This document shows, in pieces, positions 10,513 to 20,093 of a DNA stretch of 64,000 nucleotides (within the stretch, counting starts at the first letter, position 1; each line of letters opens with the position of its first letter). The DNA lies in NCBI GenBank assembly GCA_963806225.1, contig CAWDXG010000001.1, forward strand, positions 576,001 to 640,000. The letters are read 5' to 3'. A program made the translations under genes and the position numbers. Below the pieces are notes generated by a model. The model made no database searches. It had not been told where the DNA came from and was given only the letters and a program-made list of their open reading frames with translations. Source of the DNA: an uncultured delta proteobacterium. Its GTDB lineage: Bacteria; Myxococcota_A; Polyangia; Polyangiales; Polyangiaceae.

Positions 10513-11399
10513 ATGACACGGTTTACGACCACGATGATTGGTTTGATCTTGGCATCGCTTGCGGGAGCTTGCTCGAGCTCCGGCGACTCGGCAGACGCCG
10601 GCAACAACCACGACGGAGCCGTGCCGGACGCCAGCGATGGATCCGTAACCGACGCCGCCAACGACGGGAACAACGACGGAGCCGTAGCCGACGCCGCCAA
10701 CGACAACGGCGCCGTGGATGCAGGGAACGCGAGCTCCGTGAACCTCGCGACATCCGGCAACTTCGCGATCCTTGCCAAGAGCGGGATCTCCACGGTGCCC
10801 ACATCGGCCATCACGGGCAATCTCGGCCTAAGCCCCGCTGCGGCCTCGTTCATCACGGGATTCTCGTTGACCATGGATAGCGGCAACGTCTTCGCAACGT
10901 CGCCCCAGGTCACGGGTCACGTGTTCGCCTCGGACTATGCGCTGCCCACACCTTCCACTCTGACGACCGCGATCGGCGACATGCAGCTCGCGTTCACGGA
11001 CGCGGCAGGTCGCGCGCCGGACGTCACGGAGCTCGGCGCAGGGAACATCGGCGGCATGACGCTGAAGCGGGGTGTCTACAAGTGGGGCACGGGGCTCCTC
11101 ATCCCGACCGACGTCACGCTGAACGGGAGTGCTACCAACGTCTCGGATCTTCCAGGTCGCCCAGGATCTCACCGTGAGCAGCGCGACCAACGTCGTGCTC
11201 GCAGGCGGCGCCGTAGCCAAGAACGTGTTCTGGCAGGTATCCGGCCAGGTGGAGCTCGGAACCACCGCCCACTTCGTGGGAGTCGTCTCGAGCCTGAACG
11301 TCCATCGCGTTGGAGACCGGCGCGTCCGTCGACGGCAGGCTGTTCGCACAGACCGCGGTTACCCTCGACGGCAGCACCGTCGTGCAGCCCGCGCCGTAG
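10513..11399 (+). CDS. DUF3494 ice-binding-family lipoprotein (frameshifts at ~11143, ~11298)
   Basis: Lipobox [63 protein letters not shown]. Confidence 0.9.
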
Positions 11400-11496
11400 C
11401 GACAGCGCGGGGTCGCGACGGATGGCGCGGCACTTTCCGGCCAAGCGGCTAACGGCGCACCCCTCAAGTCGCGGCGACAGCTGCCGTACTGGGGGC

Positions 11497-12855
11497 ATGG
11501 CATTCGATCCGGGCCGGAGGCTACGAGCGATCGCGCTCGCTGCCGCGCTGGTCGGCCTCCCGCACACGGCGCGAGCAGAAGCTCCACACATCATCGACGG
11601 CGGGGGCCACACCACCTACGGCTGGTTTGTCGCTGGCGCCAAGGGCGCCACCTATGCATTGCCGGGCGGAATCCGGCTGCAGCTTTCCCCCGGGGCCCGC
11701 GCACGCCTGTCTCCCTGGTCACAGAAGCTACTGCTCGAGCCAGGCCGACGCACACCGACGTGGACCGTCTCCCTCCGCAGTGGGCACGTCGGCGTGCAGC
11801 TACCCGAGCAGCATTCGCCGGGCGCCGTGCTCGTGAACATGCCGCGGCATCTCGGCGTCATTGCCCTCGCCGGGCACGTCGCTGCGGCGGTCGAGGGAGA
11901 GCGGTCGGCGATAGCGAACTTCGGGGGACGGGCGCTCTTCGGCACCGGAAGCGTATGGAAACCGCTGGCTCCCGGCGTCGCGCGCGTGAAGAGCTCGACC
12001 GGCCCGGCAGAGGAGCGACCGCTTCTGCCCTCGCCCGGATTGGCGCTCGTTCACTCGATCTGGCTGTCGCCGGACCAGGCGACGGACCTGGACGGCCTGC
12101 GCTGGAAGCCGGTGCGTAGCGCTGCCGGCTACCAGGTCAGCCTGCTCCGGAATGGCACGCGGATCCAGCACACCACTACCCGGGCAGCGGAACTGCAGAC
12201 CGCGTTTCAAAGCGTAGAGCCGGGTCGCTACGTTCTGGCCGTGCGCGCTGTGGACGCTGCCGGTCTCGAGGGCCATGCAGCGCTGGCCACGCTGCGCGTC
12301 GTGGGTGTGGCGCTGCCAGCCGGCGCCTACACCGACCCAGACGGCACGATCCGACTCGGCCATGGCCAGAAAGCCAGCTTCACCCACGCCGACGGCCTGG
12401 AAATGACGTACACCGGTGCCCGCGAGTTCCTCGACGCGCGGCGTCCGATAGGGCTCCACAAGGGCAAGCGGACGCTCGTGATGCTGCGTGCGGCGGGCAC
12501 CGACCAAACGGCCACCGTTCGCCTCGAGCGCCGCGAAGTACGCGTCGAGACGCAGATGGGCCCGAAGTGGGCACTGTGGCCGCACGACACAATCCACATC
12601 AGCATCCGTCTGCGGAAGCTCACTGCGTCCGCGGCGAAGGTGGAGATGATCCCACAGGTTACGCTCGGCACCACACCGATCGACGTCCACTGGCACCGCG
12701 ACGGGAACGTCCTGACGACAGACGTCGCTCCGCGGAGTGGCCGGGGCCCATGGGTGCTAAGGATCGACGTCAAGGATCAGCACGGCATCCCGCTCGCCCA
12801 CGATTTCCTGGAGATCGCCGCCTCTCGACCCCCGCTCCATGTGGCCCGGCGCTAG
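11497..12855 (+). CDS. Secreted hypothetical protein (FecR-like N-terminus and FN3-like segment, tentative)
   Basis: Signal peptide ending ARA; LRWKPV..YQV..PGRYVLAVRAVD FN3-like pattern. Confidence 0.55.
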   Translation: MAFDPGRRLRAIALAAALVGLPHTARAEAPHIIDGGGHTTYGWFVAGAKGATYALPGGIRLQLSPGARARLSPWSQKLLLEPGRRTPTWTVSLRSGHVGVQLPEQHSPGAVLVNMPRHLGVIALAGHVAAAVEGERSAIANFGGRALFGTGSVWKPLAPGVARVKSSTGPAEERPLLPSPGLALVHSIWLSPDQATDLDGLRWKPVRSAAGYQVSLLRNGTRIQHTTTRAAELQTAFQSVEPGRYVLAVRAVDAAGLEGHAALATLRVVGVALPAGAYTDPDGTIRLGHGQKASFTHADGLEMTYTGAREFLDARRPIGLHKGKRTLVMLRAAGTDQTATVRLERREVRVETQMGPKWALWPHDTIHISIRLRKLTASAAKVEMIPQVTLGTTPIDVHWHRDGNVLTTDVAPRSGRGPWVLRIDVKDQHGIPLAHDFLEIAASRPPLHVARR

Positions 12856-12883
12856 GCCGCGCCGCCAACGCCGCGCTGCCCGG

Positions 12884-13684
12884 CTACTTGAACTTCGCTT
12901 CGCGCTTGTCGCGGAAGGCTTCGTAGGCTTCGCGGAAGTCGGGGTGGAGCATGCAGGCGGCCTGGGCTTCGGCTTCGAGCTCGAGGGCGCTCGACAGATC
13001 CGTGTCGGCTTCGCGATCGAGTAGGCTCTTGGTCATCTCGATGCCGAAGGCGGGGCCGCGGGCGAGCTTCTCGGCGAAGGCCCGCGCTTCCTCCATGAGC
13101 TTTTCGAGCGGGACGACACGGTTGTACAGGCCGATGCGCTGCGCTTCGTCGGCCTTGATGAAGTCGCCGGTCATCAGAAGCTCCGTCGCGCGGCCCAGGC
13201 CGATGATGCGCGGCAGCATCCACGCCATGCCCATGTCCGCGCCGCTCAGGCCGACCTTGGTGAAGAGGTAGGCGATCTTCGCCTTCTCCGAGGCGATGCG
13301 CACGTCGGCGGCGGTGGCGATCACGGCGCCGGCTCCGGCGACGGTGCCGTTCAGCGCGGCGATGATGGGGCGGCGGCAGCCGCGCATGGAGGCCGTGAGC
13401 CCGCAGGTCATGCGCGTGAACTCGAGCAGGCCCTGGTGATCGCGCTCGAACAGGGCGCCGATGATGTCTTCCACGTCGCCGCCGGAGCAGAACGCGCGCC
13501 CCGAGCCGGTGATGACGACGGCGCGCACACCGGACTCGGTGTCGAGTGCGCGGAAGGTGTCGACGAGCTCGCCGTAGATCTCGAAGGTGAGGGCGTTGAG
13601 CCGGTCGGGGCGGTTCAGCGTGATCGTCGCGACGCCGGTTTCCGCGTCGTGTTCGTAGAGAAAGCTCTTCGGGGCCAGGGGCAT
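12884..13684 (-). CDS. Enoyl-CoA hydratase family protein, AbmC-like
   Basis: LNRPDRLNALTF, AFCSGGD, GLSGADMG. Confidence 0.9.
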   Translation of the reverse strand: MPLAPKSFLYEHDAETGVATITLNRPDRLNALTFEIYGELVDTFRALDTESGVRAVVITGSGRAFCSGGDVEDIIGALFERDHQGLLEFTRMTCGLTASMRGCRRPIIAALNGTVAGAGAVIATAADVRIASEKAKIAYLFTKVGLSGADMGMAWMLPRIIGLGRATELLMTGDFIKADEAQRIGLYNRVVPLEKLMEEARAFAEKLARGPAFGIEMTKSLLDREADTDLSSALELEAEAQAACMLHPDFREAYEAFRDKREAKFK

Positions 13685-13699
13685 GTCGCTCTCTTTTCG

Positions 13700-14104
13700 T
13701 CAGGCGGGGATGACGGCGGTGGCTTCGATCTCGACCTTGGCGCCCTCTTCGAGCAGGGCGGCGATCTGGATCAGGCTCATGGCGGGGAAGTGCTTGCCCA
13801 TCACGCGGCGGTACTGGGCACCGACCTCGCGCGACTGCGCTACGTATTCGTCCTTGTCGCTGACGAAGATGGTCAGGCGCGTGACGTGCTCGGGCTTGCC
13901 GCCGGCGGCTTCCAGCACGGTGGCTACGTTCTGGATGGCGCGGCCGAACTGCTCGCTGAAGCGCTCGGAGACGATCTGTTCCTTGTCATCCCAGCCGACC
14001 TGGCCTGCGACGAACAGAAGTCGCCCGCCGGGCTCGCACAGGACACCGTTGGAGTAGCCCTTGGGGGCGCCGAGGGCTTCGGGATTGATCAGCTGATGGG
14101 TCAT
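13700..14104 (-). CDS. RidA/YjgF family protein
   Basis: GYSNG, LFVAGQVG, FPAMSL, VEIEATA. Confidence 0.9.
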   Translation of the reverse strand: MTHQLINPEALGAPKGYSNGVLCEPGGRLLFVAGQVGWDDKEQIVSERFSEQFGRAIQNVATVLEAAGGKPEHVTRLTIFVSDKDEYVAQSREVGAQYRRVMGKHFPAMSLIQIAALLEEGAKVEIEATAVIPA

Positions 14105-14114
14105 GGTTTTCCTC

Positions 14115-14891
14115 TCATGCGAGCAGCCCGCCGCCGTCGATCACGACAGCCTGTCCGTTGATGCCGCCGGCTTTGTCGTCGCACAGCGATGCGACCACGA
14201 AGGCCACCTCGCTGGGCGTGATCAGTCGCGTCTGGCTGGCGGTGCGCAAGATCGCCGCCAGCGCGTCTTCACGGCTGAGCTTGGTCTGCTTCATCACGCG
14301 CTCGACCGACTCGATGGTCATCTCGGTGTCGACATAGCCGGGGCATACGGCGTTGACGGTGACGCCCTTCTTGGCCACCTCGGCGGCGACGGCGCGCGTG
14401 AAGCCGAGCACGGCGTGCTTGGACGCGGTGTACGCGGAGATGTACGGCGCGCCCATGCGCGACGCGATGGACGCGACGTTGACCACGCGCCCCCAGCCGC
14501 GCGCCGCCATGTCCACGACGAACGCCTGCGTGCACAGGAACGTGCCCGTCGCGTTCACCGCCATCACGCGGTTCCACTCCTCGAGCGACTGCGTCTTGAC
14601 CGGCGCGGACGTTGCGATGCCGGCGTTGTTCACCAGGATGTCGACCTGGCCGAGCTTCTTGTTCGCGTCGGCGGCGAGGGCCTGCACGCTCTTTTCGTCG
14701 GTCACGTCGAGGCTCGTGAAGTGCGCGTCGTGACCCGCCTCGGCGAGCTCCGCGGCGACCGCTTCGACCTCGGGCGTGGTGCGCGAGGCGACCAGCACGC
14801 TCGCGCCGGCTTCGGCCAGTGCGCGGGCGACCGCCCTGCCGATGCCGCGTCCGCCGCCGGTTATGACCGCCTTCTTCCCCGCGAGATCCAT
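14115..14891 (-). CDS. SDR oxidoreductase, AbmB-like 3-hydroxyacyl-CoA dehydrogenase
   Basis: TGGGRGIG, NNAG, YTASK, VCPGYVDT. Confidence 0.9.
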   Translation of the reverse strand: MDLAGKKAVITGGGRGIGRAVARALAEAGASVLVASRTTPEVEAVAAELAEAGHDAHFTSLDVTDEKSVQALAADANKKLGQVDILVNNAGIATSAPVKTQSLEEWNRVMAVNATGTFLCTQAFVVDMAARGWGRVVNVASIASRMGAPYISAYTASKHAVLGFTRAVAAEVAKKGVTVNAVCPGYVDTEMTIESVERVMKQTKLSREDALAAILRTASQTRLITPSEVAFVVASLCDDKAGGINGQAVVIDGGGLLA

Positions 14892-14957
14892 CCGGCTCGT
14901 GTAGATGAACGGTCGCGAGTCGGCAACGCATGGCCAGCGGACTCCCCCGGTGGCGCA

Positions 14958-14986
14958 TTGACAGTAATGACTGTAACGGTTATTGG
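14958..14986 (+). promoter_or_regulatory. Sigma70-like promoter with dyad operator
   Basis: Perfect TTGACA, then 17 nt, then TATTGG; dyad TGACAGT-aatg-ACTGTAA overlaps the -35 and spacer. Confidence 0.6.
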
Positions 14987-14993
14987 TGTAGGT

Positions 14994-15779
14994 GTGACCG
15001 CCACCACCCTCGATTCTCCGCTGGATGCCGCCGGCGCGGCCGAGCCCGAGCGCCGCCGCTACACGATCGACGAGCTGTCGTCGGCGACGGGTGTGCCGAG
15101 CCGCACCATCCGCTTCTACCAGGCCAAGGGCGCGCTGCCGCCGCCGACGCGCTCCGGGCGGCAGGCGTTCTACGACGACAGCCACGTCGAGCGGCTCGGG
15201 TTGGTGGCAGAGCTGCAGGATCGTGGGCTCAACCTGAAGGCGATCCGCGATCTGTTGAGCCGCGCCGACGCGGGCGACGTGTCGGTGTCGGAGTGGCTGG
15301 GCGTGGGCGAGTCGCTGCGCGCGCCGTGGTCCGACGATCGCCCGCGCATCCTGAGCGAGGCCGAGCTGGTCGAGCTACTCGGCGACAAACCGCGCCCCGG
15401 TTTCATCGCCGAGCTGGTGCGTGCGGGGTTGGTGCGGCGCGAGGGGCACGCGCATCCGCCGAGCTATCTGGTGCAGAGCCCGGGGCTGCTCCGCATCTCG
15501 CTCAAGCTCGATCGCGAGGGCGTCGATCTGGAGTCCGTGATCAAGGCGGAGCAGATCCTCCGGCGGCGTCTGTCGCGAGCGGCGGACGAGCTGATCGCCC
15601 ACTTCGAACAGCAGACCAAGACCGATGGCGCCTCGCCGCAGGATCTCGCGCGCTCGCTCGACGCCCTGCGCTCCGCCGGCGTGGATGCGGTCAAGCTGAT
15701 CTTCGCGCAGGAGATGGAGCGCGCGCTGCGCGAGCTGGTCGAAGAAGGCCGCGTGCCGGCGCGCCGGCGTCGGCGCTAG
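14994..15779 (+). CDS. MerR-family transcriptional regulator
   Basis: YTIDELSSATGVPSRTIRFYQAKGALPPP HTH; probable GTG start. Confidence 0.85.
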   Translation: MTATTLDSPLDAAGAAEPERRRYTIDELSSATGVPSRTIRFYQAKGALPPPTRSGRQAFYDDSHVERLGLVAELQDRGLNLKAIRDLLSRADAGDVSVSEWLGVGESLRAPWSDDRPRILSEAELVELLGDKPRPGFIAELVRAGLVRREGHAHPPSYLVQSPGLLRISLKLDREGVDLESVIKAEQILRRRLSRAADELIAHFEQQTKTDGASPQDLARSLDALRSAGVDAVKLIFAQEMERALRELVEEGRVPARRRRR

Positions 15780-15820
15780 GTCGCTGGCGACTGCACTGCC
15801 CGACAGGGGGCGGGTGGGGA

Positions 15821-15996
15821 ACAGGAAGGCGGGAAGGCGGGAAGGTTTTCTGGGTCGAGCGTTGTGGCGGGGAGCCCGGCTAATCCAGCGGATGCGCGTC
15901 GGACTGCGAAGCCCAGCGCGTATCGTCCCGAAGTGTGCACGCCTCTGGATTGGCCGCAGCGCACCGTGCAGCCTCAAGACCCTTCCCGCCTTCCTG
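15821..15996. repeat. Intergenic element with 17-bp terminal inverted repeats (REP-like); target of the intron
   Basis: ACAGGAAGGCGGGAAGG (15821-15837) vs CCTTCCCGCCTTCCTG (15981-15996) plus T at 17025 once the intron is removed. Confidence 0.8.
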
Positions 15997-17024
15997 GTGC
16001 GCCAGCCCAAGTCCAGCCGAGGAGGATGCCATGCGTTGAAACCTTGGAGTGAAACCCCGCGGGTGGAAACCCCGTCCGGCCAAGGCCGAGCGTACGCGCG
16101 AGGTACATCCGGAAGCGAGTCTTGCGCTGGAGGGGCGACCCGAAGGCGAAGCGTAGACAGCGAGTGCGTGGGCCGTGTGATTGAGCCGCGTAAAGAAACC
16201 GTTCGAGGCCGACACCGTCAGGAAGGTGGAAGGCAACACCAGACCAAAGGCTGGCTCGAACCGAGGTCAGAGAGCAGGGCACGTGCACAGAAGGGATTCC
16301 TGGAAAGCTGGGAGATCTCGTCGGTGCCGTCTGTTGGGCGGTACGGCGTCGATAAGGAAACGAAGCGGCGCAGAGGCCGGCGAGAAGTCGGAGCATCCTG
16401 ATAATAGTGATGACGAAGGGGAACCTGTCCGATGGGACCCTTCCGAGCGAAGCGGGATGCCGGAACACGGAACTGTTCGGATGAAAGAGAGCCGGGATGT
16501 CACGCTCGGAAACTGTCTCAACGAAATACGAACGGATAGCGGAACTGGCGAAGCGAATGCCGGACGCAGCGCTGTGGTCGCTGTCGCATCACATGGACGA
16601 GGAGTGGCTGCACGAAGCCTATCAGCGCACCCGCAAGGACGGCGCGACTGGAGTCGACGGATGCAGCGCGGATGAATATGGCGAGGAACTCGAGGCGAAC
16701 CTCGAGACCCTGGTCAACCGCGCGCACTCTGGCGAATACCGGGCGCCACCCGTCCGGCGGGTGTACATCCCGAAAGGCAACGGGCAGACCCGGCCGCTGG
16801 GCATCCCAACCTTCGAGGACAAGGTGCTCCAGCGGGCGGTAGCCATGCTTCTAGAAACCGTGTACGAGCAGGACTTTCTGGACTGCTCGTATGGGTTTCG
16901 ACCAGGGCGGAGTGCCCACCAAGCCCTGGGCAAGCTACGCGACACTCTGATGGAAATGCGCGACGGATGGGTGCTGGAAGTCGATATAGGGGGGCCCGGG
17001 CGGCAACGCCCGGGCCTACCCGAC
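15997..17024 (+). mobile_element. Group II intron, internally deleted (both termini retained, domain V and most of the IEP lost)
   Basis: 5' GTGCG; EBS1 CAGGAA (16219-16224) complementary to exon TTCCTG; domain VI stem 16993-17016 with GCAA loop; bulged A at 17018; 3' AC. Confidence 0.9.
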
Positions 17025-17027
17025 TAG
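16497..17027 (+). pseudogene. ltrA: Truncated group II intron reverse transcriptase/maturase
   Basis: [49 protein letters not shown], then an abrupt end; no YADD. Confidence 0.92.
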
Positions 17028-17049
17028 AATCCCCCATCGCCTAGCGTGG

Positions 17050-17865
17050 CTATTCGAGCTTGAACACGCGCTGCGCGTTGTCGTGCAGGAACAGCTGGCG
17101 GGCTTCGTCGTCGAGGCCGAGCTCGTCGACGCCGGAGAGGCAATCGCCCGGGAAGATCATCGGGTGGTTCGAGCCGAAGAGCACCTTCTTCCGGCCGTGG
17201 CCGCGCAGGTACTGCACGAGCTCCGCGGGGAAGCGCTTGGGCTTGTAGGCGGAGGTGTCGATGTAGACGTTTTTGTACTTGGTCGCCATCGCGATCATGT
17301 CCTCGGTCCACGGGTAGCCGATGTGTCCGCCGACGATCACCAGCTCCGGGAAATCGCACGCCACCTCGTCCAGGTACGGGATGGGGCGGCCCGGCTCCGA
17401 CGGGCGCAGCGGTCCGGCGTGCCCGACCTGCAGACAGAACGGAATGCCGAGCTCGATGCACTCGGCGTAGAGGGGATAGTAGCGGCGGTCATTCGGCGGC
17501 AGCCCCCACAGCCACGGCAGAAGTCGGAGCCCGCGGAAGCCGAGCTGTTTCACGGCGCGGCGTAGCTCGCGCACCGCGTCCATCGGCCGGAACAGATCGA
17601 CCGACGCGATGCCGACGAGCAGGTCGGGGCGCGCGTTCACGAAGCCGGCGACGGTGTCGTTGTCGATCAGTGGGCCTTGTGGTCCCCACCACGCCGAGAC
17701 GAGCGCGCGCTCGACGCCCGCGCTCTCCAGCGCGCCGACGGTGAAGTCGATGGGGATCTCCTTCGGCACTTCTTCCATGCCCATCCAGCGCCGGAGCGAC
17801 GCGAACATCGGCTCGGCGAGGAAGCCGGGGGTGGGGTGCTGGATCCAGGCGTCGATGACGGGCAT
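17050..17865 (-). CDS. Amidohydrolase family 2 protein
   Basis: IDAWIQH, GGHIGYPW, NVYIDTSAY, KVLFGSN. Confidence 0.9.
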   Translation of the reverse strand: MPVIDAWIQHPTPGFLAEPMFASLRRWMGMEEVPKEIPIDFTVGALESAGVERALVSAWWGPQGPLIDNDTVAGFVNARPDLLVGIASVDLFRPMDAVRELRRAVKQLGFRGLRLLPWLWGLPPNDRRYYPLYAECIELGIPFCLQVGHAGPLRPSEPGRPIPYLDEVACDFPELVIVGGHIGYPWTEDMIAMATKYKNVYIDTSAYKPKRFPAELVQYLRGHGRKKVLFGSNHPMIFPGDCLSGVDELGLDDEARQLFLHDNAQRVFKLE

Positions 17866-17898
17866 GGGCCGCAGCGTAGCCAGCGCGCCGCGTTGCCG

Positions 17899-18792
17899 CT
17901 ACTTGCAGGTGCCGCTGTTGGCGGCGTTCGGCGTCACGTCCTGCACGCAGAAGTCGACCGAGTTGTCCTGTGCAGCGCTACCGGGGCGGCGCGCGGTGGA
18001 CAGGGTGCTCGTTCCGCTCTGCGCCAATGGCGCGGCGCTGCCGTACATGGTCGTGGTCGGCGCGCTCGGCGCGTTCGCCGGTTGTGCGCCGCCGTAGCCG
18101 ACCGCATCGAGCAGTTCGCCGTTCGACGGGCGGTAGAGCTGCAGCGAGCCGGCGCTGCCGTCGAGGCCGAAGTTGTCTGGCGACGCGATGGTGTAGGTCT
18201 GCTGCGCGGGCGACTGGTAGCCGCCCACGCTCCAGGTGCCGCCGGATGGCATTTTCGTGCCGGAAGGCGCCACCGCCAGGTCGAACACGAGCACCGTGGG
18301 GTTCGTGCCGCTCTCCCAGCGGTAGTGGCGGAGCGACAGATCGCCGATGGGTGCGCCCGGAGGGCCGGAGATCTCGATCCACTCGTGCGCGTCGCCCGCG
18401 AGATTGCGATCGACGAAAACTTCGGAGATGAGCACGCCGGACGTGGATGCGTCGCCGGTCGTACCGCCCGTTCCCGCCGTACCGCCCGCTCCCGCCGTAC
18501 CGCCTGTGCCCGCCGTACCGCCCGCTCCCGCCGTACCGCCCGTTCCGGAGCTGCCGCCGAGCCCGCCCGAGCCACCGCCGTCCACGCCGCTCGAGCCCGC
18601 GGCCGCGCCCGTGCCGGCGCCGCCGCCGGTGCCCGCGCTCGCGCCCGAGCCGGCAGTGCCCGCCGAGCCCGCGCTACCCGCCGAGCCCGCGCTGCCGCCT
18701 GTGCCGCCCGACGTCGGGATGTTGTTGTCCGTCGCCGCGCACGCCACGAGGGCGAGCGCGAGCGCACCTATCCACCACCCGGAATTCCTCAT
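17899..18792 (-). CDS. Lamin-tail-domain lipoprotein with Gly/Thr/Ala linker
   Basis: Lipobox LVAC; (GTGGTAGAGGTA)n linker; VLISEVF..EWIEI, DAVGYG, TPNAAN. Confidence 0.75.
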   Translation of the reverse strand: MRNSGWWIGALALALVACAATDNNIPTSGGTGGSAGSAGSAGSAGTAGSGASAGTGGGAGTGAAAGSSGVDGGGSGGLGGSSGTGGTAGAGGTAGTGGTAGAGGTAGTGGTTGDASTSGVLISEVFVDRNLAGDAHEWIEISGPPGAPIGDLSLRHYRWESGTNPTVLVFDLAVAPSGTKMPSGGTWSVGGYQSPAQQTYTIASPDNFGLDGSAGSLQLYRPSNGELLDAVGYGGAQPANAPSAPTTTMYGSAAPLAQSGTSTLSTARRPGSAAQDNSVDFCVQDVTPNAANSGTCK

Positions 18793-18851
18793 GAGCCGCC
18801 GGAGCTTCTTCCAGCCCCGGGGCGACAAGTCAAGCGCCCCCCTGTCCGATG

Positions 18852-19901
18852 CTAGTCGGGCACGGGAACCGCGCCCGTCGGCGCCATGAGCTTGCCGTGG
18901 CTGATCAAGAGTGCGCCGTCCGCCAGCACCGTGCTTTCGGCCTGGCACGCGGCAAAGCTGGTCCGCGCGGTCCAGCTTGCGCCCGTCGCGTGCGCCGCCG
19001 GGTCGCCGACGGCGATGTGCAGCCCCGGCAGATTCTGATCCACCAGCGCTTCGCCGGTGGGTGCGTCGAGCCCGACGTTGACGCCGATCGCGATCAGCCC
19101 GACCCGGTTCGAGTTCTCCGCGAAGGCCAGCATCTGCTCGATGTCGCGCGCGAGCGCGGCGTTGCCGCTGGTCTCGACGCTCCGCACGCGACTGTCCTCG
19201 ATGAACAGGCGTACCGGTTTGTCGAGCAGCAGGCCCTCGCGCTTGCCGAAGAACTCGCCGAGCGAGGCGTTGGCGACGAACGTGCCCTCGACGAGCGACG
19301 GCGAGGCGTACACGGCGCCTGCCGGCAGATTGCCCCAGCGTCCGGGCTCGAGCGCGCCGAGCTGGGCGAACCACCGGCAGCCCCCGGGTAGCGTGACGCG
19401 TAGGCGGGTGCCCGCGCGGCTGTGCGCCTCGAGGTGGCGCGCGGTCTCGAGCTGACCCAATAGCCGCTTGCCGTAGCGCGAGATGCGCGTTCCACCGGCG
19501 CGCAGGCCGCGCGCGAACGCCATCGGGCTGATGCCCGGCATGTGCGCGTGGCGCAGGCCGTAGCGCTCCACCAGGTGCAGCAGATGCTGGCGCATGCCGA
19601 GCTCGCGGTGCGAGGCCTGCGCGACGAAGACGCTCGCCTGCGCGGTGGACAGCTCGCTCACCAGATAGTCCGACAGCGCCTTGTGCGGGCGCGGCCCGAG
19701 CTGATCGAGATCGATCACGAGCGCGAGCGCACCGACCTTGCCCGCCGCGCGCGCCAGCGCATGGGCAATCGCAGCGGAGCGACCATCCGACAGCACGACC
19801 AGCTTGTCGTCTCTGCCGAGATCGAGCGACGACTTGACGACAACGTCCGCTGCGCTCTCGAACTCCCCACTCCGTACTGCGGTGATGGCTTCCTCGAACA
19901 C
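18852..19901 (-). CDS. Peptidase M29 (thermophilic aminopeptidase)-like protein, metal ligands apparently degenerate
   Basis: GTRLRV, NLPAGAVY, IAIGVN, DQNLPGLHIAVG. Confidence 0.7.
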   Translation of the reverse strand: MFEEAITAVRSGEFESAADVVVKSSLDLGRDDKLVVLSDGRSAAIAHALARAAGKVGALALVIDLDQLGPRPHKALSDYLVSELSTAQASVFVAQASHRELGMRQHLLHLVERYGLRHAHMPGISPMAFARGLRAGGTRISRYGKRLLGQLETARHLEAHSRAGTRLRVTLPGGCRWFAQLGALEPGRWGNLPAGAVYASPSLVEGTFVANASLGEFFGKREGLLLDKPVRLFIEDSRVRSVETSGNAALARDIEQMLAFAENSNRVGLIAIGVNVGLDAPTGEALVDQNLPGLHIAVGDPAAHATGASWTARTSFAACQAESTVLADGALLISHGKLMAPTGAVPVPD

Positions 19902-20093
19902 CTCTGTCGAGTATACACGCGATGCCAGCGATTCGAGGCGCCGGGATGGAGGTGGCGAAGCGCTCGACGCGGGGCGTCGTCAATCCCCGTCGGCCGACTC
20001 CGCGTCGGCAGGGTCCGGCTCCGCATCGCCCCGCGTGCCGGCATCGGTCGCGGTTCCGCTGGCGCAGTTCGGGCAGCGGAGAATCCGGGGCAG

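Noticed and set aside
10492..12855. 787-aa ice-binding fusion protein in the ORF track
   Set aside because: Frameshift read-through; DUF3494 ends at 11399 and the next gene has its own start and signal peptide at 11497.
16090..16180. Intron EBS2 assignment
   Set aside because: Candidate segments pair only partially with the upstream exon; it cannot be assigned without folding.
15997..17027. RT as part of a retron, DGR or CRISPR-associated system
   Set aside because: The RT0-2a motifs, GTGCG/AC termini, EBS1 and domain VI identify a group II intron; no template/variable repeat pair or cas genes were seen.
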